From: Mytilus edulis | Taxonomy: Eukaryota | NCBI RefSeq assembly: GCF_963676685.1 | Contig: NC_092344.1 | Coordinates: 56,792,001 to 56,856,000, forward strand | Reading direction: 5' to 3' | Length of the DNA stretch: 64,000 nucleotides | Part shown: positions 21,901-35,400 of the stretch, one piece after another | Numbering within the stretch: the first letter of the stretch is position 1 | Layout of the letters: the number at the start of each line of letters is the position of its first letter | The notes under the pieces: model-generated | What the model saw: the letters and a program-made list of their open reading frames with translations, nothing else | The model's database searches: none | Told to the model about the DNA's origin: nothing | Program-made: the position numbers and the translations under genes

Positions 21901-24900
21901 ATAAGCTGGTTTTAGTCATTTTTACAAACATTACAAGAACAGTTAATTAATCTGTGGATTTTCATCTTCTTCCACTTGTAATTTTTTGTTTTAATATTCT
22001 TGAAAAGAATTCTTCTCTATGCATTTAACTTTTCAAAGAATGGGATAAAAGTTTTTAAAAATATGTTGACGCTTATATTATTTTTGGTGATTATTGATTA
22101 TGAATTCAATACTTTTTTGGGTACATTCTATTAAAGTTAAAAATTAGTATTTGCTATGTTGAGTAAAAGTGTTTTTTTTTTTTTAAATTTCTATAGAAAT
22201 ATCATTTCCTCTTGGTTTAAAAGCTTGAAAAATCACTTGGAGTTTTTTTTTAACTTGATATATCTAGAAATCAATGAACAAATGTATATATTATTGTTTG
22301 GGATAGTTTATAATAGAACATTGATTGGAGTTTAAAACTTGAATAACTTCCAGTTCTAAAAGTTTGTTTTTCATAAAAAGTATGTGCTTTTCTTATAAAG
22401 TATGTATGTTTAACATGTATTTCATAAAAAAATGTTAAAAAATTTAGTTGTTTTTCACTTTATATATAGACAAATCAATATTTTATTTAAGTCTCACTTC
22501 TTACAAAACATTTACACATTATTGCAACTTCACATATAAGTCAAGAGCCACTCTAAAAAGAGTTATGAGAGATTACATGTATTTTAATACCACCATTTAA
22601 AATAATGAGAGGTGGTACTATTGCAAATTATACAAATATTTGAATTGGAGTTATCTTCCTTTGTACATTTACTACATTATTGTAGTTGAACCAGTTGAAT
22701 AATCATTGTATACTGTGTATTTATTTTCTTGTGTATCAATTTTGTGGATTGAGGAAAATTGCATTTTCATGGATATTTGAAATTGTGATTTTGCCAATCT
22801 TTGCATACAAACCCACTATAAAGATTGTTACTCGTAGAACATATAAATTCATGGTTTACCTGTACCCCTGAAGTCAACAGAAAGTAATATCCAACCAATA
22901 ATAATGAATCCAAAAAAGAACATATAAAACAGAAGAAAAATAAGAATTTGATCCTATACATGACCTGTATAAAGTTTATATGATTTAAGTGTTCCTGTGG
23001 AATACTATTTCAGCTTTATAGACTTATTTGTATTAATAATGGTTAATACTAAGCAAAAATTTAATGTCATAAGGGTCTAGGTTTTGCACTGAGTACGTCC
23101 ATCAGTCCAGCAAATGAGTTTTCCAAACTTTTTTTCTTCTTGCGTGAAGATATTGTTTTTATATTTGGTGTATTGATTTATAATGACAAGTGATAGATCA
23201 ATTTTTAATTCTGTTTCGGTCTGTTGATTTTGTGCAGAGTTATGGTCCTTGGACTTGGATAATTCACTTAAATAATCAATGTTCTGCTCTCTTTTTTGTC
23301 ATGCTTGAAGATATTGACTTGATATTTGTTATATAGTTTACACTATGACAAGTTATAGATCAAGTTAGCTTTTTGTTTCAGTACAGTGAATTTCTAACCA
23401 GTATGGTACTACATATTGCCATGAAATACTTTCAGAATGCTTGTTTTATTTGGAGATGTCATCCTTCGAAGAAGCATTATTCTGATTGATAAGAATCTCA
23501 CACAGTTTCTAAAAAGTTCCATAATACCAACTTTTGCACCAGAGTTCATTTTTTGACAGGTTCCTTGATCTGTGGTAGGACATCTTGGTACTCAGTCAAG
23601 TAAGAACATTGTATAATAGAAAAATAAAGCTTTACATCATGATCTGTTTTATGCTGTTTTACACTACAAAAGCATTGGTAAGCAGTAAACTTTCACCAAA
23701 ATTTGCCCTGATTATATTTTTGAATTTTTTTGTTGTTGTTGCCCTTATTTAATTTGTTGCCCTTATTTAATGACTTGACCAATTAACAGGATGTCCAAGC
23801 ACAGAGAAAGTAACCTGTTGAAAAATAATATAATCCAAAGTCAAAAGTCAGTTGTATGAAATAGTCCATTTATAGTATTAGAAAACAGGAAATTCAATGT
23901 AAGTAAAGCTCTCATACATTACAAATTATCAATGCTAAGAGACTGATAAAATATAACCCCATTCTGTTCAGTTATAACTGTAATACTGTGATGAAAATAT
24001 TTACTTCATTTAACACATTTTAAATTCAAAAGCATCAGCAAACAAGAATTAGGTATCTGACAAATCCTAAAAGCATACACACATTATGTAAGCCAAAAAA
24101 GTGTCCCATGAAATTGTGTCTTCTTAAACTATATTTCACAGATCATCTGTAGATCATCAATAGAATTTGAGAAAAAATGACAAACAAAAAGTTAATATAA
24201 AAAAGAAGATGTGGTATGATTGCCAATGAGACAACTATCCACAAAAGACCAAAATTACACAGACATTAACAACTATAGGTCACCGTAAGTTCATTCAATA
24301 TATTGAAAAGATCACAGTATCGGTAATCAGGCATTTAATGGCTGATGTATGTTATACAACAAGAAAAGTCTTAAAATATGTATTATCTGAACTTTATACA
24401 TTTTGTACCTTCAAACATATTATTTTCTGCAATAATTTGACAGGAAATTGTGTCCTATTTTACCAATCACATTCAAGCACAAGATTCAGTTCTATATACC
24501 GGTAATGTGTTTAGGTTTTACCACTCCCTATGGCTCAATGATAAGGTGAAATTACACTTCAATGAAGTACATTTCATGCGACTGTACATGTTGTGCAAGT
24601 GTGAGATTTAGCTAGCTATAAAACAAGGTTTAATCCACCAAATTCTACACAAGAAATTGCCTGTGACAAGTCAGGAATATGACTGTTGTATTCCATTCTT
24701 TTGATGTGTTGGAGCTTTAAATATTGCCATTTTATAAAGGAAACTTTTTTCTGTTTTGAATTTTCCTTGGAGTTTGGTAATTTTTTTACTTTTTCATTGT
24801 AACATCATATCATCTGGGTTGATTCTTCAATAGAAAGACCTATCATTCTGAAAGAACACTTACAGCACAAATTTTCTGCACCAGGTGCACATTTTTTCAA

Positions 24901-24902
24901 TT

Positions 24903-25247
24903 AATAGATGTAAGAAGATGTGATATAAGTGCCAATGAGATAACTCTCTATCCAAGTCACAATTTGTAAAACTAAACCATTATTGGTTAAAGTACTGTCC
25001 TAACAGGATGCCTTGCCTCACACCAAACAGCAAGCTATAAAGGCCCCCAAAGTGACCAGTGTAAAACCATTCATACAGGAAAAACAGGGGTCTAATCTAT
25101 AAAAAAAAAAACAACAAGAAACACTTATGAACCACATCAACAAACAGCAACCACTAATCATCAGGTTCCTGCACAAATGCAGCATGTTTAAACTTTTTAT
25201 AGATACCAACCATCACCCTTACCTGAAATAATAGTGTAACATCACAA
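24903..25247 (-). repeat. Second abundant dispersed repeat family (aagaagatgtggtatgattgccaatgagacaact end); further copies near 2800, 6270, 18520, 24200, 27590, 57935
   Basis: Repeated motif seen directly; this copy interrupts a hammerhead-carrying repeat. Confidence 0.7.
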
Positions 25248-26316
25248 TGTCTCTTTTTATTGATGCTCGTGGTCAAAATATTTGCACATCAAAAACAGAT
25301 AGAAAACAACTCCATATATAGAAGTAGATTTTATTTAAAATGTTACATTTTTAATAAAGGTTATGTATTTTATAGAATAACCTGCATTTATATGCATTTG
25401 AAAGACATACATTTGTAATTGCACAGAACTTTTGTATAATTACTTCTTAATGTATATTCAATAACAGTCATTCACATTTTGTTTATCAATACCGGTACAT
25501 ACATAATTCCAGCACTGTTGTTTGAAAATGAAAAAAAAATTGAACCAAAAACTTAATCTTTAAAAAATTATACCAGTACATGAATTTTTTTTACATCGGA
25601 ATATTAAAGAACTGATTATGTTATATAATAGGTGTGTAAAATGAGTATTTGGGCCTCAGTAACCAAGGGGTATTAGTAGTTCATCTACATTTATCCCTTG
25701 CTTGTAAAAGCTAAGGTTGTGAGTCGGACCACACTCATGGCTCTAGTCTTACTTGTTTTCCTGTTTGTTAATGATGATGAAGTAAAGTTATCTCCCCTTT
25801 ATTAATATAATATTCAGTTGACTTGTTTTGTTACATAATTCCTGTTGAAGTGGTGGTTCTCTACAGGTACTCAAGCTTCATCCACTAATAAAAGTAGGCC
25901 ATTGAGATATAGCCAATCAATCAATGAAATGGATATTCTAACACAAGATTCCAATAGCTAAGAGTTAATTAATTTAAATTCCTGCTTGGTTACCAGATTT
26001 CTGTGATGACTCTTTTTTTATAATATTTACAAGATTTTGATCTGTTATTCATTTTCTAACATTTCATCATATTGTAAGAACGACTGGTTCATTAAATTGG
26101 TTTAGCAAATTTCTCAGACGGTATTTGTTCATTAAATAGTTTTTGGAGGTTCTATCATATAAATCAAACAAGTACAATGCACACACCATAATAAAGAAAC
26201 AAAGCTGATAAGCATAAAACTACTGAAGTTAAGATTTATTGAATGAATGGCTGTTTCTATGTGTCCTACGATGAATAAGTACTACGATTGGATTTCTTAA
26301 CTTAAGCGGTTGAAAG

Positions 26317-26446
26317 NNNNNNNNNNNNNNNNNNNNNNNNNNNNNNNNNNNNNNNNNNNNNNNNNNNNNNNNNNNNNNNNNNNNNNNNNNNNNNNNNNNN
26401 NNNNNNNNNNNNNNNNNNNNNNNNNNNNNNNNNNNNNNNNNNNNNN
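26317..26446. other. Assembly gap (130 N) in the CLN3 3' UTR region
   Basis: Run of N. Confidence 1.
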
Positions 26447-26480
26447 TAATCTCATAAAAGTATCACAGTTATCTATAATG

Positions 26481-29400
26481 TTACATAACTTTTAAATGTA
26501 AAGAACAAATATGATTATGTGAAGGTATTGACACTGCTCCTGCTACAGATATACCAAAGGAATCTGCAATGGTTGCTGCTCCTAAACTGTATTCTCTATA
26601 TTCTGCTCTAATCTGTAAAGATAAAAGTACATGTGTTTAAGCCTTATCAGCAAACTTAATCAAATATAGGTGACCGTCAAAAAGTATTAATATTATAGTT
26701 GTCAGCTACTATATGTCAGTTGGTCTCAGGTGGAGAGTTATTAGCAATCATACCAAATCTTATTTCTACTCTATATAAAATACTTATACATAAATCTACA
26801 TTCAAAACTATTATATCTTTCAACAACATTGAAAAATGCATAAGGTGACACTAGGGGTAGTGGTGAACTTCATGTAAGATAGTGTAAACATGTCTTTAAA
26901 TTCAATGCTTGTGAATTTCATGGATATAGGTGATCCAAAACAAAAGAAACGATGAACAACAAATTTCCTAAAGGCAGGTATGCAGAATTGGTAAAATCAA
27001 ATCCATAAAAATACAATTTTTCCTTGCTCCACAGGAAAAAAGGATCACATTATATACAACATTTAGAAATACTACCTACCTCTTTTGAAATTTGATAAAA
27101 TGTGTTGACAAAAGCTGCCCCTCCTAACAATCCTTCAAAGAATATGATCACAAATATTATGGCTATACTAGGTATATATCTGTAGAATACTTGTGTTAAC
27201 AGTATTCCTAGATTGATAAACTGAAAAAGAAGAAAATGTATTAATTACACATATATACACATTATTATTTTATCATTGTCTTGTAATTTTGCAGTCAAAC
27301 ATTGAAACCCTTTGTGTAATAGTTTTAGATAAATATGTCTTGAAACTGTTAACAAATGAGAAAGCATGTCAACATCACCTTTTTCGTTTGAAGATACTGT
27401 CAGAACAGGTTTAGTACTAAGTTCAAAATAGTTTGCTTCAAGATTTCTTCTTTTTTATGATAACAACTTTAACATCCAAATTCCAGAAAATATTTCAAAG
27501 TAACTTATTTTTATGAGAAAAAAAAATAAATAGATAATCATAAAAAAATTGTATAAAAACTAAGGTTATGATCATGAAACATAAGCATTCCTTGTCGTTT
27601 GTTGATGTGGTTCATAAGTGTTTCTCATATTTATATAGATTGGACCATTGTTTTTTTCCTAGTTGCTGGTTTAACGCTAGTCTTTTTTGTGGCCTATTAT
27701 AGCTTGCAGTTCAGTGTGAGCCAAGGCTCTATGTTGAAGGCCATACTTTGAACTATAATGGTTTACCTTTTACAAATTGTTTCTTTGAAGGAGAGTTGTC
27801 TCATTGGTACTCACACCATATTTTCTTATATCTACTTATCTAATTTCAGCATCTATTTTAATATGTATGTAGGATTTATTGCTCCTTTACATCATGCTTT
27901 TGGATTTTATACATAAGGCTTTCAGCACCACTAACATGAAATATATTTTTGAAATGTGCACATCAGACTCTGACTTCTCTTGAACTGAATTTTAATGTGC
28001 GTATTGTTATGCATTTACTTTTCTACATTGGTTAGAGGTATAGGGGGAGGGTTGAGATCTCACAAACATGTTTAACCCCGCCGCATTTTTGCGCCTGTCC
28101 CAAGTCAGGAGCCTCTGGCCTTTGTTAGTCTTGTATTATTTTAATTTTAGTTTCTTGTGTACAATTTGAAAATTAGTATGGCGTTCATTATCACTGGACT
28201 AGTATATATTTGTTAAGGGGCCAGCTGAAGGACGCCTCCGGGTTCGGGAATTTCTCGCTACATCGAAGACCTGTTGGTGACCCTCTGCTGTTGTTTTTTA
28301 TTTGGTCGGGTTGTTGTCTCTTTGACACATTCCCCATTTCCGTTCTCAATTTTATATAGTGTATGAATTAATTTTCTGCATATTGTAATTTTGATTTTAC
28401 AACAAACATCCAGATCCAGTGCTTAAAAGTCTCAAATTTTATTTTCCACTATAATTTTACTATTTCAGAATCTAGAACGGACCTGATATATTCCAGAAAG
28501 ATAATTATTTGTGATAAAATATCCTCTGGAAATGTTTGAACCATATTAGGGATATGAAGGCATCTCCAATGGTGAAGTAGACTGTGATTACATTTACTGA
28601 TTTTCATGGCACAATCAGACTTTTTTAGGTACTGTTGGAATGTAGTATTGGTATTTTGCTGATAACTTACCTGAATAATAGGAAGCACCCACAATCTTTT
28701 CACTTCAAAAAAATTGACAGAAGACCTGGATATAAAAACTCCCAGCTGGTAGTCTACTTGATACCTAAACCAGAAAGATAATAAACTGCAAATGTGTTAA
28801 TAAATTTTCTTGAACAAAGTTCAATACTTGTTACAAATAAAAGGAAATGTTGTGTAGACATCAACAAGACAGCAACCATGGCCATATAAGTAATAAAACC
28901 AGGCAACACATCCAGATACACATATTTGAATTGGAAGAGCTCTTTTTTCTTAAATTCTTAGCTATGAAAAAAATATGCTCAAATGGTGGAACTATGTAAA
29001 TTTATGGTAATGTGACCTGAATCAAAATGCACAACTTCAGCAGTGTGATTTGACTAAAAACATCTTTGTAATATTCCAGAAGAAAATATTACATGCAAAT
29101 TTAAGACAAAAAGGTTTAAAAAAAAAGTAAATAGACTTCCAACAATTCAGAGTAACCAAAGTTTGAAATAAATTCAAAGATTTATGATTTGCTTTTACAA
29201 ATAGCAAATATTTTATGAACAATTGCATTAAATCATCTTGCTGTTAGTCTTATTTGTTTTCCTTAATTGCTGAAGCTCATACAATGACTATTGGTCATCC
29301 TACATCCACATTATTTGGACTCTGGTAGATAGTTATCTCATTGGCAATCATACCACTTCTCCTTATTTTTATATTGTTCATTTTACTTACCATCTATATT

Positions 29401-32400
29401 GTTCTGAGATAGACCATGATACATTGTTAAAATACAATATTTCCATCTGAAAAGAACAAGCAACAAAAATACAATGTATATACATGTAGTACGAAGAATG
29501 TTAGTCAGATATATTAAAAGCTCAATTGTGTCCTGTATTGTTCACCCTATATGTAGTTTTATACTTGCAACCATTGGTGTTGTCTTATATAATAATAATA
29601 TTTCATTATATAGCTGTTTAACCTTTCCCTCTATGATAAGAGAGTACCGTATTTGGGCATGTATAGTCCGCACTTTTTTCCTTAAATATGTAGTTTGTAC
29701 ATGGGGTGCAGACTATACACAACTATAGACGGTTTTTGAAATTTATAAAAAAAAAAAAAAGTTTATTTCTGCATTAATAATGTATATGGAGACGTTTATT
29801 ATATTTATTTCATTTGATTCTTATTATTTGATTCTTTTTTAACTTTTCTCTTCAAAATTGATTATTCAAAGTAAAGGTGTGACATCCTGCATAGGTAATC
29901 AAGAGGGGTAATTAAGGATTAAGTATGGGTGTGTTGCAATTAATTAATGATGTCAAGTATCCTTTCTTTCTAGAAATGGTTAATGATTGTGAATTCATGT
30001 AATTTCTCACTGTGTTGAAGAGCCATTGGTGGCCTTTGGCTGTGTTTTGCTCTTTGGCCAGGTTGTTGCCTCTTTGACACATAACCTGTTTCCATTTTAA
30101 ATTTATTTATGAAAAACAAAAAATGTGTGTAAAAATTTAAATATAATCATTAAGTTATCAACTTACCAATCCCTGATTTATAAAATATTCAGCAAAATAT
30201 ACCAGTATTAGTGGAATCATATACTTTAATAATGGCTGAAAATATAAACATACAACTTATAAAATAAATGACTCATATCAAACAGGAAATATAAATGGGT
30301 CAGTTCTAAAGATTATCCTCCCCCCTTTGCACCCCCTATTCTGATTCCAATGACATTTATTCCCTGTTCATAACTCTTAAATCTTAATTGCTGAATCACT
30401 TACTTTAAACTACTTCATCTACCCAACCATATCACATAGAAATGAGAAGATGAGAACAATGCTTAGTAGGCAGTTATGATTTAAATACTATGACAAAAAC
30501 AAGATCTGTGTTTACTGGTGTTCAAAGGAAAATACATGGTACTGTCTTTCCCTAATAGGACTAAATCGAAATATCATGTACATAAATAAATAATGATGAT
30601 TGCATATTATTTGGTTCATATGTAACAGCTCTATATCTGCATGGTATTGTTTGTATAAATTCTTTCACTCAGTGTTTGTCAATCCATTCATACTTACACG
30701 TAAAAGTCTGAATCTGTCTTTTAATGATAAATCTATTTTTGTAGAGACTGTAATAAAAATTTAAATTTTTTTTATACAGCTATTATTATGTTATATTAAG
30801 TATACAAATTAAAAAGGATGAAGATATCAATAATATGTTTCGGTTAACCTTTATATCTAAATTTGGCTTACACTATATAGCTACTAAGTGTGATTTAAAT
30901 GCAGGGACTTTATCGATAACAATAATTTAATTAATAGTATTTGTGTTTAACAACCAATAAACAGTGGTGGATCCAGAAATTTTCATAAGTAGGGGCCCAC
31001 TGACTGGCTAAGAAGGGGTCCGTTCCAGTCATGCTTCAGTGATTCCCTATATAAGCAACCAAATTTTTTCCTAAAAAGGGGGGCTCAGGCTCCTTGGCCC
31101 CCCCCCCCTAAATCCGCCTCTGATAAATGAAGAACAACAAAGTACACAAGGTTCCTTTATTAAGATCAGCATTTCATTTTCCCCAAGGCAAGATAAGAAA
31201 AGGAAAATAAATAATTTTAGATACAATTCCTAACTAATTTACTTTAAATGGTTATTACTATCATTAAGGGCAAATTATTGTATCTCTCTCACACTAATTG
31301 TCTTATTGCGTGTATTTTTTATTGCTATTTTGTCATTTTGGACTAAAATACAATTTTATTTATTGCTATATGTTGCCTGTTTTATTCACATAAAAAATGT
31401 AAAATACGAGTTTAAATTATTGTGATTATATATAACCCTGGCATATTTTTGCAATAATAAAAACATTACAACAACTTCTGAATATACAAAAACTGAGGTA
31501 CCAGAGGGAGAGATACTTACCTTCTTTGCTATCATCTAACAAAGCTGTTGTATCATCTGTTGTCTCATCTGTTACTGTTTTTGTGTACATGTTATCAGGC
31601 TTTTTTAAAATTCCAAAATAACTAAAAAGTACACACAAATAAGTGTCAAAATAAGTCTGAAGCCTCACTTCTGCATAATAGTGTTTAGTATTTTTATTTA
31701 TATAAAGTACAGGGTGAAAGCATTTTTAAACAAAAAGTTGATCAATAAAACAAGTTAAAAATATTTGAAAATTTAATTTATATTTAAATGTGTATGAAAT
31801 ATCACACACATATCATTTCACAAACATCAATATACTTCGTTCTGAAGGCTTGGCTTAATTTCTAAATGCAGGTCTCAATAATTCTTTGAAATTTTATGAT
31901 TATGTTTATTTGAAAATACTGGTAAATAAATCATCATTATTGAAATTGAAGACAATCATGAGTATCCTATATTTTCAAAGCTTCCTTTCCAGTTTATAAC
32001 TTGGATTTATCCTTTTTATAAATACAAAAAAAAAAAAGAGTGCACACGCTGAAATGTCTCGCCTTCTATACTAATCATTGATATTATGTTGATAGTCCTA
32101 AGTATAAAGCTAAGCTTTAATACAACAGTCACATAAACTTAACATTAACCAAGTCCAAGATAACTAAACAAAGACCAATGAACCTTGAAAATGAGGTCAA
32201 GGTCAGATGAACCATGCCAGGCAGACATGTACAGCTAACAATGCTTCTATACAATATATATAGTTGACCTATTACTTATAGTTTAAGAAAAATAGACCAA
32301 AACACAAAAACTTAACACTGTGCAATGAACCGTGAAAATGAGGTCATGGTCAAATAAAACCTGCGCGACTGACATAATGATTCTAAAATATTTCCATACA

Positions 32401-35400
32401 CCAAATATAGATGACCTATGGCATATAGTATTAGATAAAAAGGCCAAAACTCAAAAACTTAACTTCGACCACTGAACCATGAAAATGAGGTCAAGGTCAC
32501 ATGACATCTGCCCGCTAGATAGGTACACCTTACAATCATACCATACAACAAATATAGTAGACCTATTGCATATAGTATGAGAAAAACAGACCAAAACACA
32601 AAAATTTAACTATAACCACTGAACCATGAAAATGAGGTCAAGGTCAGATGACACCTGCCAGTTGGACATGTACACCTTACAGTCCTTCCATACACCGAAT
32701 ATACTAGCCCTATTGCTTGTAGTATCTGAGATATGGACTTGACCACCAAAACTTAACCTTGTTCACTGATCCATGAAATGAGGTCGAGGTCAAGTGAAAA
32801 CTGTCTGACAGACATGAGGACCTTTCAATGTACGCACATATCAAATATAGTTATCCTATTACTTATAATATGAGAGAATTCAACATTACAAAAAATCTGA
32901 ACTTTTTTTTCAAGTGGTCACTGAACCATGAAAATGAGGTCAAGGACATTGGACATGTGACTGACGGAAACTTCGTAACATGAGGCATCTATATACAAAG
33001 TATGAAGCATCAAGGTCTTCCACCTTCTAAAATATAAAGCTTTTAAGAAGTTAGCTAACACCGCCGCTGCCGCCGCCGTAGCCACCGCCGCCATAGCCGC
33101 CGCCATAGCCGCCGCCATATCACTATCCCTATGTCAAGCTTTCTGCATCAAAAGTTGCAGGTTAGTTTTCACTTTCAGTTATATGAAAACAAAAAGATTC
33201 AGAAACATTTACCTTATTGCCATGGTTACAGGAATGATGGTCATGACAAACAATGTGTTACGAGGAGAAAGACCTGCTGATGTCAAACCCGCGTAAGATA
33301 AGGCACCAAATACACCAGCTCCCCCTGTTCCTGAGGAATATGTTGATATAACATTTCTGTAAAAAAAAAAAAAAAAAAGAGTTGTGGTCAGTATCAGAAG
33401 AGCAATCTGTTCCATAAATTATGCAATATCTACAAAACTTAAGGCATGAAATCCCAATGGTAAATCTGACTTTAAAAATTTTATCATTTTATTTGTACAT
33501 CTGTTGGTCTTTAAGCTCCTGATGTATTGATGAGTCTTTGATTTCCAATAGTTTTGCTCCTTAGTGTTAGCTGCTTATATAATAAGTGCTCCTAATGAAA
33601 GTTAAGAGTAGAAAAATGCTTGAAAAAAATCATGATAATTCTTATTTCAATGCATTTATTAGTTTTATTCCATTTTGGTATGATAAATAGAAGTTTAAAA
33701 AAAAATGTTACCTTCCACAGCATTCATTGATATTGCAAATCAAGCATGTTTGTACCATTCAAAAATTAAGAATGTTAATACAGACAACATCTATCAACGC
33801 CACTGCCATAGAAACAAGAAATACAACCCCTCTTAGATATCTTGATATTCAATGTCACATAGATAATAAATAAATTAACACTCTTGCAAGGAAATAGTAG
33901 TTAAACACAAAACATACCTATCAAAAAAAGCTGAAAGACTCATATAAGTTACTTCTCCTAAACCACCACATATACTGGCACAAACAACTCCTGAAAAACA
34001 AATGTAAATGGTCATTATGTATTGATTTTGCTCTTTGTTAAAGGCTGTATGGTGACCTTCAATTGCTTAGATTCACATCATTTGGTCTCTGATAGTTTTC
34101 CCAATGGAAATCAGCTCTCAATGAGTCAATCAAGCAAATCTTTCCAAACTATTCCTCTGAAATGTATCTTACTAATGTTTTGATATACTGATACATTGCA
34201 TATCAGATTGACAAGCATTTTGGTTGTTCAAACACATAACTAAATCTTTATCAGATATCTGAAGCAAAAGATAGCAAATGAATAAAAAACTTACTTACTT
34301 CAAAAACAGAAACTAAATCAAGACATTTCAATGTAACAAAACATTTACCGGTAGTTTTTATAGAGAATTCTCGATAGTTCGAAATTCACAAACGCAACGT
34401 TTAAAATCTTATTTAAAACATAAAAAGTGTGATTCAAGACTGATCAATCAATTTTCTGGTGTGAATCAAGTTCAACCAACACAACATTCATTTCCTAAGG
34501 CAAAAGTTGTAGCCAAGTTTGCTTTTAAAGTATAATTTTAATAACTATGTTGTGTTTTTCTCTCTAATATCGCAATTTTAAAAATGATGAAAGAGTATGT
34601 TGAAAAAGAATGTTGCCATAGAAAGTATTAAACTTACCTAATATACTCATCCATATACCAACAGAAAATCCAACCAATAGAAAACTGGACAGGTTAAACA
34701 ACACAACTATAGCAACTCTAACTCTGTAATGAAAGGGAATTTGCTCCATAAGTATATTTTGATTGTCTTACATTTTTTAGAACCTGAATTCATTATTGCA
34801 AATAGAAATGAAGCTTTTCCTCAGAATCACTTTCTCTTTGTCAAGGTATCATCGGTAAAAGTTTTATCAATTCTTTTGGCCAATTGATTAAAAACAATAG
34901 CTATTGTTCTTTGTGTAGTTTATTCCCTGAGACCTTTGAATTTCTTCTAAGAGAAATCACTCACTCATTGATTAGTTTACTTGGAAGAAAAACATTATCT
35001 TCTAAAAGTAGATGAAAATACATGTATCAACTCACAAAACTGTATTTGATGCTGTATTTAATCAATATCTATTTTCAACATATAAATATAAACAGTGATT
35101 TAATCATCAAAAGTTTTAGACTCTGAACTATTTTCTAGATAGTCTAGGTTGGTTTCCTCTGTAAAATATTCAAAATGCCCTCAGAATATACAAATGTCAA
35201 ACCTCTTAAATAACTGACAGGTACCAGTCTATAGACATTGATACTTGACTAGATTTTAAAGATGTCTTTACAAGAAAGGTATTACATAAAGATCATCTCC
35301 TACTCACAAATTATTTTGAAGATAAATCTTGAACAAAAATTTACAATTTGTATGAACTAGTGGCTTCAAAGAGCCTTTGTCGCTCACCTCATATTTTTGT

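Noticed and set aside
32918-33118. Poly-Ala ORF ([12 protein letters not shown]..)
   Set aside because: Translation of the GCC microsatellite of a HINE-like element in CLN3 intron 8.
33515-33625. Possible additional hammerheads (attgatgagtc.., ctaatgaaag..gaaaaatgc)
   Set aside because: Core and stems are broken; decayed remnants at best.
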